Notes under the pieces: generated by a model
Told to the model about the DNA's origin: nothing
Seen by the model: only the letters and a program-made list of their open reading frames with translations
Database searches by the model: none
Part shown: positions 26,633 through 38,945 of the stretch, one piece after another
Layout of the letters: each line of letters begins with the position of its first letter
How positions within the stretch are numbered: the stretch's first letter is position 1
Program-made: the position numbers and the translations under genes
Assembly (NCBI GenBank): GCA_030390025.1
Contig: CM059439.1
Coordinates: forward strand, 62,496,001 to 62,560,000
DNA: 64,000 nucleotides
Origin: Squalus acanthias
Taxonomy: Eukaryota
Reading direction: 5' to 3'

Positions 26633-27307
26633 GTAAGACACTAAAGGAATAAAAATGGTTCATTCATGATGCTTCTGTCAGTCAAATGACAGAAATTTAA
26701 ATCATATTCTAAATATGGAAAATGTGGGTGGAACATTTCAATTTTAGGATTTAATATTGTGCATTTCTTTTTAATAATTTCCTGATGGTATGAAATCCAG
26801 CTGTACTTTTCTTCTCCACGCACTGGTCCCCCTACACCATAGAACGATACAGCACAGAAGGAGGTAATTCAGCCCATCGTGCCGATGTTGGCTCTTTGGA
26901 AAAAGCTATCCAATGAGTCCCATTCCCCTGCCTATTCCCCCCAACCATGCAAAATTTCCCCCTTCAAGTATTTATCCAATTCCCTTTTGAAAGTTGTTAT
27001 TGAATCGGCTATCACCACCCTTTCAGGCAGTGCATTCCAAATCATAACTCGCTGCGCAAAAAAAAAAACTCATCTCGCCTCTGGTTCTTTTGCCAGTTGC
27101 CTTAAATCTGTGTCATAAGAACATAAGAAATAGGAGCAGGAGTAGGCCAATTGGCCCTTCGAGCCTGCTCCGCCATTCAATAAGATCATGGCTGATCTGA
27201 TCCTCACCTCAAATCTAAAGAACACAAGAAGTAGGAGCAGGACTCGGCCACTCAGCCCCTGGGCCCGCTATGCCACCCACAGGGCCTCGACCGATCCGAA
27301 CTCAGCC

Positions 27308-30110
27308 TCATGTCCAATTTCCTGCCCGCTCCCCGTAACCCCTAATTCCCTTTACTTCTAGGAAACTGTCTATTTCTGTTTTAAATTTATTTAATGATGT
27401 AGCTTCCACAGCTTCCTGGGGCAGCAAATTCCACAGACCTACTACCCTCTGAGTGAAGAAGTTTCTCCTCATCTCAGTTTTGAAAGAGCAGCCCCTTATT
27501 CTAAGATTATGCCCCCTAGTTCTAGTTTCACCCATCCTTGGGAACATCCTTACCGCATCCACCCGATCAAGCCCCTTCACAATCTTATATGTTTCAATAA
27601 GATCGCCTCTCATTCTTCTGAACTCCAATGAGTAGAGTCCCAATCTACTCAACCTCTCCTCGTATGTCCACCCCCTCATCCCGGGGATTAACCGAGTGAA
27701 CCTTCTTTGTACTGCCTCGAGAGCAAGTATGTCTTTTCTTAAGTATGGACACCAAAACTGTATGCAGTATTCCAGATGCGGTCTCACCAATACCTTATAT
27801 AACTGCAGCAATACCTCCCTGTTTTTATAATCTATCCCCCTAGCAATAAAAGCCAACATTCCGTTGGCCTTCTTGATCACCTGCTGCACCTGCATACTAA
27901 CTTTGATTTTCTTGCACTAGGACCCCCAGATCCCTTTGTACTGCAGTACTTTCCAGTTTCTCGCCATTAAGATAGTAACTTGCTCTCTGATTTTTCCTGC
28001 CAAAGTGCATAACCTCACATTTTCCAATATTGTATTGCATCTGCCAAATCTCTGCCCACTCACCCAGCTTGTCTATATCCCCTTGTAGGTTTTTGATGTC
28101 CTCCTCACTTTCTACTTTCCCTCCCATCTTTGTATCATCTGCAAACTTTGATATGTTACACTCGGTCCCCTCCTCCAAATCGTTAATATAGATTGTAAAG
28201 AGTTGGAGACCCAGCACCGACCCCTGCGGAACACCACTGGCTACCAGTCCGAGAATGAACCATTTATCCCAACTCTCTGCTTCCTGTTAGATAACCAATC
28301 CTCCACCCATGCCAGAATATTCCCCCCAATCCAGTGATTTTTTATCTTGAGCAATAATCTTATGTGGCACCTTGTCGAATGCCTTCTGGAAGTCTAAATA
28401 CACTACGTCCATTGGTTCCCCTTTATCCACCCTGTACGTTATGTCCTCAAAGAACTCAAGCAAATTTGTCAGACATGATTTCCCCTTCATAAAGCCATGC
28501 TGACTTTGTCCTATCAAATTAGGTTTATCTAAATGTTCCGTTACTGTCTCCTTAATAATAGACTCCAAAATTTTACCCACCACAGATGTTAGACTAACTG
28601 GTCTATAATTTCCAGCCTTCTGCCTACTACCCTTTTTAAATAAGGGTGTTACATTAGCAGTTTTCCAATCTGCCGGGACCTTTGCTGAGTCCAGGGAATT
28701 TTGGAAAATTATTACCAAAGCATCCACAATCCCCATTGCCACTTCCCTCAAGACCCTAGGATGTAAGCCATCAGGTCCAGGGGAATTATCCACCTTGAGT
28801 CCCATTATTTTACTGAGTACCAATTCCTTAGTGATTTTAATCGTATTTAGCTCCTCCCCCCCTAGAGCCCCCTGTTTGTCCAGTGTTGGGATATTCTTAG
28901 TGTCCTCTACCGTAAAGACTGAAACAAAATATTTGTTCAGCATTTTTGCCATCTCCATGTTTCCCACCATTAATTTCCCGGTCTCATCCTCTAAGGGACC
29001 TACGTTTGCCTTAGCCACCCTTTTTCTTTTTATATAACTATAGAAACTCTTGCTATCTGTTTTTATATTTTTTGCTAATTTATTTTCATAATCTATCTTC
29101 CCTTTCTTAATCAATCCTTTAGTTACTTTTTGCTGTCTTTTGAAGCCTTCCCAATCTTCTATCCTCCCACTAAGTTTGGCTACCTTATATGTCCTTGTTT
29201 TTAGTTGGATACTATCCTTGATTTCTTTACTTAGCCACGGATGGCTGTCATTTCTTTTACACCCTTTTTTCCTCAGTGGAATATATATTTTTTGAAAGTT
29301 GTAAAATAACTCCTTAAATGAACACCACTGCTCATGTACCGTCTTACCCTTTAATCTATTTTCCCAGTCCACTTTAATCAATTCCGCTCTCATACCATCA
29401 CAGTCTCCTTTATTCAAGCTCAGTACGCTTGTCTGAGAACCAACCTTCTCACCCTCTAATTGGATATGGAATTCAACCATGTTATGGTCACTCATTCCAA
29501 GGGGATCCTTAACTAGGACATTATTAATTAATCCTGACTCATTACACAGGACCAGGTCCAAGGTTGCTTGCCCCCTTGTAGGATCAGTTACATACTGCTC
29601 AAGAAATCCATCCCTAATACACTCAATAAACTCTTCAAGGCTGCCCTGCCCAATTTGATTTGTCCAGTTAATATGATAGTTAAAATCCCCCATAATTATA
29701 GCTGTTCCCTTATTACATGCCCCAACTATTTCCTGATTAATACTTCTTCCAGCAGAGTTGCAACTATTAGGAGGCCTATATACTACTCCCACTAGTGTTT
29801 TTTTCCCTTTATTATTCCTTATCTCCACCCAAACTGTTTCATTATCCTGATCCTTTGACCCAATATCATTTCTCTGTAATAGTGATTCCTTCCTTTATTA
29901 ACATAGCTACCCCACCTCCTCTTCCTTCCTGTCTGTCCTTCCTGATTGTTAAATACCCTGGCATATTTAATTCCCAGTCGTTGTCACCCTGCAGCCATGT
30001 TTCTGTAATGGCCACAAGATCATACCCATACGTAGTTATTTGTACCGTCAATTCGTCTATTTTGTTACGAATGCTGCGTGCATTCAGATAAAGAACTTTT
30101 AAATATGTTT
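27308..30110 (-). pseudogene. CR1 ORF2 (APE endonuclease + reverse transcriptase), frameshifted
   Basis: AITETWL, GVVYRPP, MGDFN, SDHN, NYRPVSLTS, YLDFQKAFDKVPH, FADD, spread over four ORF segments. Confidence 0.9.
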
Positions 30111-30273
30111 TGTGACAATTTATTCCTGCTTTTACCCCCTTTACCTTTATCTTTATATATTCTGTCCCTTCCTGACACGCTCTGGTTTTTAATTACCCCA
30201 CTGCTACTTTGCTCTATTGCCTTCTCCGCTGACATTTTTATTTTTTGCTCTCTTGAAACCTCCCCCCCACTAA

Positions 30274-31230
30274 TTAGTTTAAAGCCCTTTCTACAGCCCT
30301 AGTTATTCGATTCGCCAGGACTCTAGACCCAGCACTGGCCAAGTGAAGTCCGTCCCAACGGAACAGCTCTCTCTGGCACCAGTACTGGTGCCAGTGTCCC
30401 AGGTAGCAAAACCCATTTCTCCCACACCAGTCTTTGAGCCACGCATTTAACCCTCTGATTTTATTTACCCTAGCCAAATTTGTTCGTGGCTCAGGTAGTA
30501 ATCCAGAGATTACTACCCTAGAGGTTGTGTTTTTTAATTTGGCCCCTAGCTGCTCATACTCCCTCAGCAGAACCTCATTCCTTGTCCTATCTATGTCATT
30601 GGTACCAACATGGACCACGACAACTGGATCTTCCCCCTCCCACTCCAAGTTTCTCTCCAGCCCAGAGGAGATGTCCTTAACCCTGGCACCGGGCAGGCAA
30701 CATAGCCTTCGGGACTCTCGCTCTCGGCTGCAAAGAACCCTATCTATCCCCTTAATGATACTATCCCCTACCACTACAACATTTCTTTTTACTCCCCCCA
30801 CTTGAATGGCTCCCCGTACCACAGTGCTGTGGCCAGGTTGCTCATCCTCCCTGCAGTCCCTGCTCCCGTCCTCACAGGGAGTAAGAGCCTCGAACCTGTT
30901 GGACAAGAGCAAGGGCTGCGGCTCCTCCAACACTACCTCCTGGATCCCCGTACCTGCCTCACTCGTAGTCACACCCTCCTGTCCCTGATCATGGGCTACA
31001 TCTGAATTAGTTAATCTAATTGGTGTGGCTACCTCCTGGAACACAGAGTCCAGGTAACTCTCCCCCTCCCTGATGTGTCGCAGTGTTTGAAGCTCGGACT
31101 CCAGCTCATCAACACGGAGCCGGAGTTCCTCGAGCAGCCAACACCTACTGCAAATGTGATCACCGTGAACATCAATGGTGTCCTCCAGCTCCCACATATT
31201 GCAGCAGTAACACATCACCTGCTCTCCCAT
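30274..31230 (-). CDS. CR1 ORF1p: zinc finger + leucine zipper + SGNH esterase (318 aa, open)
   Basis: CxxC..CxxC; LxxxVxxLxxxLxxL; SGNH blocks VGDS, PGA, VGTND, DGLH. Confidence 0.88.
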   Translation of the reverse strand: MGEQVMCYCCNMWELEDTIDVHGDHICSRCWLLEELRLRVDELESELQTLRHIREGESYLDSVFQEVATPIRLTNSDVAHDQGQEGVTTSEAGTGIQEVVLEEPQPLLLSNRFEALTPCEDGSRDCREDEQPGHSTVVRGAIQVGGVKRNVVVVGDSIIKGIDRVLCSRERESRRLCCLPGARVKDISSGLERNLEWEGEDPVVVVHVGTNDIDRTRNEVLLREYEQLGAKLKNTTSRVVISGLLPEPRTNLARVNKIRGLNAWLKDWCGRNGFCYLGHWHQYWCQRELFRWDGLHLASAGSRVLANRITRAVERALN

Positions 31231-31292
31231 TCTATGTAATTAATTAAATTTATTATTTACCCTTTAATTAATTTAAATTAAAACAATACACT

Positions 31293-31590
31293 TCTGTGAC
31301 AGTTTGTTCTGAGTCTCTTCACTCTCTGTCCTGTGGCAGTTTGTTCCGAGTCTCCTCACTCTGTCCTGTGGCAGTTTGTTCGGAGTCTCCTCACTCTCCG
31401 TCCTGTGGCAGTTTGTTCCGAGTCTCCTCACTCTCCGTCCTGTGGCAGTTTGTTCTGAGTCTCCTCACTCTCTGTCCTGTGGCAGTTTGTTCTGAGTCTC
31501 TTCACTCCGTCCTGTGGCAGTTTGTTCTGAGTCTCCTCACTCTCTGTCCTGTGGCAGTTTGTTCTGAGTCTCCTCACTCTCTGTCCTGTG
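31293..31590. repeat. Tandem repeat, 8 units of 35-37 bp (tcctgtggcagtttgttctgagtctcctcactctctg)
   Basis: Directly visible; lies inside the TSD-bounded CR1 at its 5' end. Confidence 0.92.
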
Positions 31591-34288
31591 TCCTCTGGTT
31601 ACTGACCCTTCTGCAGCTGGAAACTGTTTCTCCTTATTTACTCCATCAAACCCTTCAAGATTTTGAATACATCTATTAAATCTCCCCTTAAATTTCTCTG
31701 CTGTAAGGAGAATAATCCCAGCTTCTCCACATAACTGAAGTCTTGTATTCCTGGTACCAGTAAATCTCTTCTGCACCCTCTCCAAGGCCTTGACATCTTT
31801 CCTAAAGTGTGGTGCCCAGAATTGGCCACAGTACTCCAGCTGGGGTGTAACCAGTGATTTATACAGGTTTAGCATAACTTCCTTGCTTTTGTACTCTTAT
31901 GGCTCTATTTATAAAGCCAAGGATCCCGTTTTTTCTTTGTTTTTTTTTTTTAAGTTCAACCTTCTCAACCTTTCCTGCCACTTTCAAATACTTCTATACA
32001 TACACCCCCAAGTCTCTGTTCCTGCACCCCCTTCAAAATGGTAGCATTGAGTTTATATTGCCTCTCCTCATTCTTCCTACCAAAATGCATCACTTCACAC
32101 CTCTGCATTAAATTGGATCTGCCATGTGTCTGCACATTCTACCAGTCTGTTTGTCCTGAAGACTGTTACTATCCTCCTCACTATTTACTGCATTTCCAAG
32201 TTTCATGTCATCTGCAAATTTTGAAATTATGCCCTGTATACTCAAGTGCAGGTCATTATCAAAAAGAGCAATGGTCCCAATACCAACTCCTGGGGGTGGG
32301 GGAGGGAGAGGAGACGGACCACCACTGTACACTTCCCTCCAGTTGAACTACTACGTCTCTTAGCCAATTTTGCGTCAATGATGCCTCTGCCCTTTAACCC
32401 CATGGGCTTCAATTTTGCTAACAAGTCTATTATGTGGTACTTTACCAAACACCTTTTGAAAGTCCATATACACAATATTAACCGCATCACCTTCATCAAC
32501 CCGCTGTTACTTCGTCAAACAACTCAATCAAGCTAGTCAAACATGATTTGCCTTTAACAAATCTCATTTATTAACCCATATTTTTCCATGTGACAATAAT
32601 TTTGTCTTGGATTATGGTTTCTAAAAGTTTCCCCACCACAGACATTAGACTAGCCTTTAGTTGCTGGGTTTATCCCCCTCCTTTTTTGAACTGGGGTGTA
32701 ACATTTGCAATCCTCCAGTCCTCTGGCACCGCTCCCATATCTAAAAGGAGGATTGGAAGATTGTGGTCAGAGCCTCTGCTATCTCCACCCTTACTACCCT
32801 CAGCAACCCAAGATGCATCCCATTCGGACTGGGTGACTTTTCTACTTGGAGTGCTGCCAACCTTTTAAGTGCCTCCTCTTTATCTATTCTTATTCTATTC
32901 AATTTTACTACTATCTCTTCCTTTACTGTGACATTGGCAGCATCTTTAGTGAAGGGAGATGCAAAATACTCATTTAATACCTCAGCTATGCCCTCTGTCT
33001 CCACAAGATCTCCTTTTTGGTCCTTAATCAGCCCCACTTTGACTACCTTTTTACTATTTATAAAAGACCAGTATTTTTGTTACTAACCTTCTACTAGGGT
33101 TATTTTTTAATAATTATTTTAAGTGAGAAGCCATCAGCATGGGTTCATGGAGACAAATTACCTGGCACTGATTTTGTTATCTTAAGACCAATACTCCTAC
33201 AATTTAGTAACCATGATTTTACTATATTTTATGAGGAACATTCACTTATTTTTAAAATCGGCACTAATAATGTAGTACACACAGCGGGAGATTTTCTGTG
33301 CATCCGCTGGAGATGTTGGGGTAGATCTTGACTTTGTGCGATAGGGTAAAACAGGTGATAGCGAGTCAGCAACCCATTTTACATTGCAAGATGCTACAGT
33401 GCCACCACTGGCAGGAGGATGGAATTAGTGTGACAAGTTGACAGGCAATTTCCATTGTCAATGTGGACATATGAACTTATAATGGAAATGTAAAAATAAG
33501 GATGGAATGCATGACTTTAAAATAGAGACTGAATTACACCTATATTCAATGGTCCAATGATCCTTTCCCTTATAACCTCACTTCGCCTGAAGACTCCCGA
33601 TGCGCAACTCCACAGAAGATTGACTAGTATATTGTTAAAAATCTTATGTACAAACTTCCTTTCCAGGTTAATGCTGTCACAATTATTAATCACACTTATG
33701 TCAACATTTAACATTGAAACTGCCTATATAAACATTTAGAATGGAAATCCTTAAAAATCATAGTTGCCTGTAACAATGTAGTTGCAAGCTGTGGCCAGTG
33801 GGTGGCACTGCAGAGAAAGTTTCTGAACTCTCCCAACTATGTTGCAATCTGGTATATAAAAAAATATTCATCAGCTGATCGTAGGCAACACCATGGGCAA
33901 TTTTCTAGCATCTGCATACTTTGAGTGTCTCAGGTTTAATTCTTTGTCATTAAGGATATCTCAAGAGGGCAAGCACAAAAAAGGACAAAACTACTATAAT
34001 TGTATTTCAATATGGCTCGTGCATCTGCTCTATAGAAGCTGGAATAACTAACCCTCCTTGTTGCATTCTTTTAGTTTCTTTGACTTTGTCATGGAGAAAA
34101 AAAAAGTAGCAATAGCGGAGTCACTGCTCAGTTAACATCCCGCATGTGGCCAGGCTATGACTGGAAACTGAGGCAAAAGGAACAGCGAGCCTGCCAAGGG
34201 CCTCAGGTGAATGGGAGGTGGGCTGCAAGTGCTCGTTTGGCAATGTTAGGAGTATCAATGCGTTCAAAACCATACTATACTATACTTC

Positions 34289-35300
34289 GGAAAGTAGAAA
34301 GTGAGGAGGACATAAAAAACCTACAAGGGTATATAGACAAGCTGGGTGAGTGGGCAGAGATTTGGCAGATGCAATACAATATTGGAAAATGTGAGGTTAT
34401 GCACTTTGGCAGGAAAAATCAGAGAGCAAGTTATTATCTTAATGGCGAGAAACTGGAAAGTACTGCAGTACAAAGGGATCTGGGGGTCCTAGTGCAAGAA
34501 AATCAAAAAGTTAGTATACAGGTGCAGCAGGTGATCAAGAAGGCCAACGGAATGTTGGCTTTTATTGCTAGGGGGATAGATTATAAAAACAGGGAGGTAT
34601 TGCTGCAGTTATATAAGGTATTGGTGAGACCGCATCTGGAATACTGCATACAGTTTTGGTGTCCATACTTAAGAAAAGACATACTTGCTCTCGAGGCAGT
34701 ACAAAGGAGGTTCACTCGGTTAATCCCCGGGATGAGGGGGTGGACATACGAGGAGAGGTTGAGTAGATTGGGACTCTACTCATTGGAGTTCAGAAGAATG
34801 AGAGGCGATCTTATTGAAACATATAAGATTGTGAAGGGGCTTGATCGGGTGGATGTGGTAAAGATGTTCCCAAGGATGGGTGAAACTAGAACTAGGGGGC
34901 ATAATCTTAGAATAAGGGGCTGCTCTTTCAAAACTGAGATGAGGAGAAACTTCTTCACTCAGAGGGTAGTAGGTCTGTGGAATTTGCTGCCCCAGGAAGC
35001 TGTGGAAGCTACATCATTAAATAAATTTAAAACAGAAATAGATAGTTTCCTAGAAGTAAAGGGAATTAGGGGTTACGGGGAGCGGGCAGGAAATTGGACA
35101 TGAGGCCGAGTTCGGATCGGTCGAGGCCCTGTGGGTGGCATAGCGGGCCCAGGGGCTGAGTGGCCGGGTCCTGCTCCTACTTCTTGTGTTCTTTAGATTT
35201 GAGGTGAGGATCAGATCAGCCATGATCTTATTGAATGGCGGAGCAGGCTCGAAGGGCCGATTGGCCTACTCCTGCTCCTATTTCTTATGTTCTTATGTTC
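34289..35300 (+). mobile_element. 5'-truncated copy of the same young CR1
   Basis: Near-identical reverse complement of ~27115-28120; the RT C-terminal frame is open. Confidence 0.93.
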
Positions 35301-35714
35301 TTTCACATTGAACAGCACTGAATTCCAACTCTAGCCACATTCCACATCATGCTGTTTTTTGCAGCATTCCTGAGAATGTCCCTCGAGCAAAACTTGGAGT
35401 GGGATTGTGACCGCCAACAAAAAGTTGGTGAATAACATTGGTTGCATTTTATGAATATTTTGTGGGGGGAAAATTCTCAGCTTAGAATTGTCAGAAATGT
35501 TGAATCACTGCATTTCTTTGCCAGCATCAATTGCCCTGTATCTAAGCAGTTGTCCATTATATGGTGTTACGATTCACGCTCTCTTCAGATAGCTTATCTT
35601 GTGTAAAGGTGCCCTTCCACAGGAAAACCTATGCTTTAAAATGAACCAAAATAGGACCTTATGCACAAGTTAATCTTAGAGGTAGCATGCCCATGGTGAA
35701 CAATGCACCCCTTC

Positions 35715-36075
35715 AAACCCACTCCAGAACCTCGACAGATAATCTAAAATGACATTCCAGTGCAGTGGTGTTGTTGGAGGTGCCGTCTTTCAGATTAGAC
35801 ATTAAACGGAGGCCTGTTTAAGTGGACATAAAATAAATCCCATGATGCTATTCGGACTGGTGCATGGAATTTATTTTTTTCAGTGTCCTGGCCAACATTC
35901 CTCCGCAACCAACACTACCAAAAACAGATTAACTGGCGAGATAATTTCCTGTTATGGTACCTTGCAGTGATAATTTATCAGCTGTGTTTGCCTACATAAT
36001 AGTGACTGCACTTAAAAAAAAAAATAATCCACAGTTGTCCTGGGGATGTAATAATTAGCTATGTAAATAGAAGTT
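35715..36075 (+). mobile_element. Degraded Deu-domain SINE
   Basis: Diverged match to 4005-4434. Confidence 0.55.
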
Positions 36076-37522
36076 AATTCCTTATATTGCTGGTAAACTC
36101 ACTGAATACAGCACAAACCACCTTACATTCTGATTCTCTAATAAAAATACAAACACTGACAAAACTATACTTCTTGGGTTATAAACCATGAATCAGGTTT
36201 ATTAATTATAAAATTAGCACAAACAGTTAAATAACAGCAGAAAGATAAATCATAGTGATAGTTATCTTAGAAAATCTCTTCCAAAAAATATCAAAATGCC
36301 TCAAGCCTTCAGTAATTGCTCCTAACTTATAAGCTTTACCTCAGAATGCATGTATTCTATGTACACTCGGCGATTCACAGAGTGGTTCACCAGCCGCAGT
36401 TCATTAAACAGCTTGGCAAGTGGAGGTGGACTGCAGAGCTTAGTCATGGAGTTATACTCACTCCTTTACTTTGACAAAATAAGAAAGTAATCTAAATGAT
36501 GGTGTCTTTCACCATTGAATACAACTATTACTTGCATTCGGGTTCTCAGAAACCATTTTTCAGCTTTCCTCCTCCTTAAAGACAAGGCTAGGCTTTGAGG
36601 GTCTTGCTTACAGGATCCCCTGATTGGACAAAAAAAAAAATCACAACTGACTAGGTTTATCTGCTGCAGTCTGGTAAACAACATTAAGTGATTGTCACCC
36701 AAGAGTAATACAGCTATGTAGAGCGGATTCTCCCCCATCCACCTCTGAAGTGGCATTAACACATTTGATAAAGCCAGGCTGTTTCCAGCACGCAGAAAAC
36801 AAGTTAAAGTGACCATAGCCACAGCTGTCAAGGAAGTAATAAAAGGTCTTTTGTGAAGCGAGACAAGACAGATCTCGGATTCATCCCATAAGGCTACTTT
36901 TGTACGTGCCACTAAATAATACCCGCAATGTGCTTCTTTTCCCCCAACCATTTTAGATATGGTTATGGCCACGTTTGAAACCTACTGTATAATTTACATA
37001 GTATCTCAGAAAACATGAGTTACACTTTTTATTTATACTGATCAGATGAGGGATGCAAGTGCTAGGGAATGGAATATATTTCCACTTTGGGGACACAGTG
37101 TCAACATTAAACACGTTAGCTACAGCACCAGGTTAGATACAAATTAAAGCTGCTTGTACAGTGTCCCGACAATACACCAACATCAGACAAGCACCCCTTA
37201 CTATGCCAGTGTGATATATTCCAGTTCCCATGCCAGCAATCACTGAATAACATTGACAATTAAGTGCCAGATTAGGGGCAGTTTTGTACTATGCTGGATT
37301 TGAACTCGTTCCAGATGTGAAAGAATATTTTGCTAATTATTTGCACCACCCAGTCCCTATTTAGGATGGGAGAGGAGAAGGAAGAGGCGTGTTTAATTGC
37401 AGTAATTGCAATAAATTTGCAATTCTGGTGGATGAAGAGCGAGCTCCACTTCCCATTCATTCTATTGGCTTTCCCACAGGCAGCTGCTTCTATTAACACA
37501 GATTTCTTTGCCTTTCTGATAG

Positions 37523-37670
37523 ATGCGGGATAATGGTTGCGGTCTACACTCATCTTATTACTCACCACCTCCGTTTCTTGGTTCAAGATTGTTCTCCGGG
37601 CCCCCTTACATCCCCCCACTCATGGCACCAAGGGCCAGTGAGACTGCTGGTGAAATAGAGGTAACTGCAG
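37523..37670 (+). CDS. dmrtb1: DMRTB1 coding exon 3
   Basis: Acceptor tttctttgcctttctgatag|ATG and donor GCAG|gtaaga; phase 0 in, phase 1 out. SSYYSPPPFLG..LFSGPPYIPP resembles DMRTB1 PSYYLPP..FLP..YLS.LHFLPP. Confidence 0.82.
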
Positions 37671-38699
37671 GTAAGAATGTGGGAAATATAAATCAGCAAT
37701 TTAACAAATATACATACACGTTACTTTTTGTTTCTGCCAATCCTCCCTCCCTCCCATTTTTTCTTGAAGATGTTGAGACATTAGCTCTTGGGCACAGTGA
37801 CAAGGATGTCAGTTGCCCAAATGGTCCTGATTCATGTGTGAACCTAGACTGGGAGCACTGGCTTGGTATTTGACACAGGAAACAGAAATCAGCCAAATTC
37901 GATCCTGCTCTCACCTGACTCCCATACAGACACTTCCAACTGGACAGTGAACAGGAACACTGTCCAATTTGCCTGTTGCTGACCAAGAGGTACTGCGACC
38001 AATTGTAGAGCTACCTACCATTGTCTAATCTGAACTCATTTCAGCACCGGATTGAACGAGGGACCTTCCAGGTCTGTATGTTGAGAGCATTTTAATTTAC
38101 ATATTTAAAGTTTCAAAAAGCAAAGCAGAATCTGTATTGACCACTGAAATATGTAAAGGCATCTATAAAACAGGAAGAATTGCCTTTATTTTGACATCCA
38201 TATGAAGAGTGATTTAATTTTCCTCCAATGTTCTACCTTTTGCTCAAGACAAAAGGCGAATCCAGGGCGTGTATCCCTGATGTCAGGTGCTACATGGTCT
38301 CAACCAAGTGATCATTCTTCACTTTTGAGCCTAGTCAATGAGTGTGAGCAGACTATTCAAGTTTGAGGGGATCACAGCTAACTGCAATACAATTGGTTGC
38401 TGGATAGAAATCAGGAACAAGAAACTGACTGATTTTTCCCTTCCCTAGCCCGGAGCCACTGAGGCCAATTTTAGCCTTCCCCTTTTAAGATCAGCTAACT
38501 CAGCACAGACCAGAGATCAAACCTGGAATCTTCCTGGCCTTTATGTCTCAGTTCCAGACTCTGGTGCATTTATCCACTTCTTAAGGGAATATTCCAGCTA
38601 TGTGAAAAAGACATCCTCAAAAAAGGACTTGGAAGTTAAAATGTTCTTAAAAATCTTCATGGCTCTTGATCCTTGCACACACTCCATTGTTTATTTTCA

Positions 38700-38945
38700 G
38701 AGGTTAGGCTTTTGGTGCCACTCGGCCAAATATCAGCCAGGGTTCCCACTCCTGGTTACTATCAAGTGATTCTGCTGGAAAATGCACGTGTGTGGATGTT
38801 GGCGGAGGAGAGGATCAGGGTCAGCTGTGATTCAGCCCTGCAGTTTACTATTCTGTCAGGACTCTCTGTCTAGGGTCACCTTGAGCATGGTATCAAACCC
38901 CAGACAGTGTCTGTGGAACTGTACCCCATCAAGAGTAAATGCACT
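38700..38945 (+). mobile_element. SINE family copy (other copies near 2815, 25990, 37780, 38270, 42245, 54620, 60262)
   Basis: Recurrent motif cagccagggttcc..ctgctggaaa..tgtctagg(c/g)tcac. Confidence 0.6.

Larger units (their letters stand above)
27115..31586 (-). mobile_element. Young full-length CR1 LINE in dmrtb1 intron 2
   Basis: Intact ORF1, ORF2 with few frameshifts, (TTCTTATG)n tail, apparent TSD CTGTGTC. Confidence 0.92.
26838..33075 (-). mobile_element. Older CR1 (26838-27114 plus 31587-33075) split by a younger full-length CR1
   Basis: The sequence resumes across the insertion (ccttaaatctgtgtc ... ctgtgtcctctggttactgaccc); RT remnants at 31600-33050. Confidence 0.8.

Noticed and set aside
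31293-31590. CRISPR-like array of ~36-bp repeats
   Set aside because: Units are contiguous with no unique spacers, the context is vertebrate, and no cas genes are present.
34144-35103. 319-aa ORF as a host gene
   Set aside because: It is the CR1 RT C-terminus fused by chance to upstream flank.
37660-37666. Alternative exon-3 donor GAG|gtaact
   Set aside because: Weaker than the 37670 donor and would shift the frame of exon 4.
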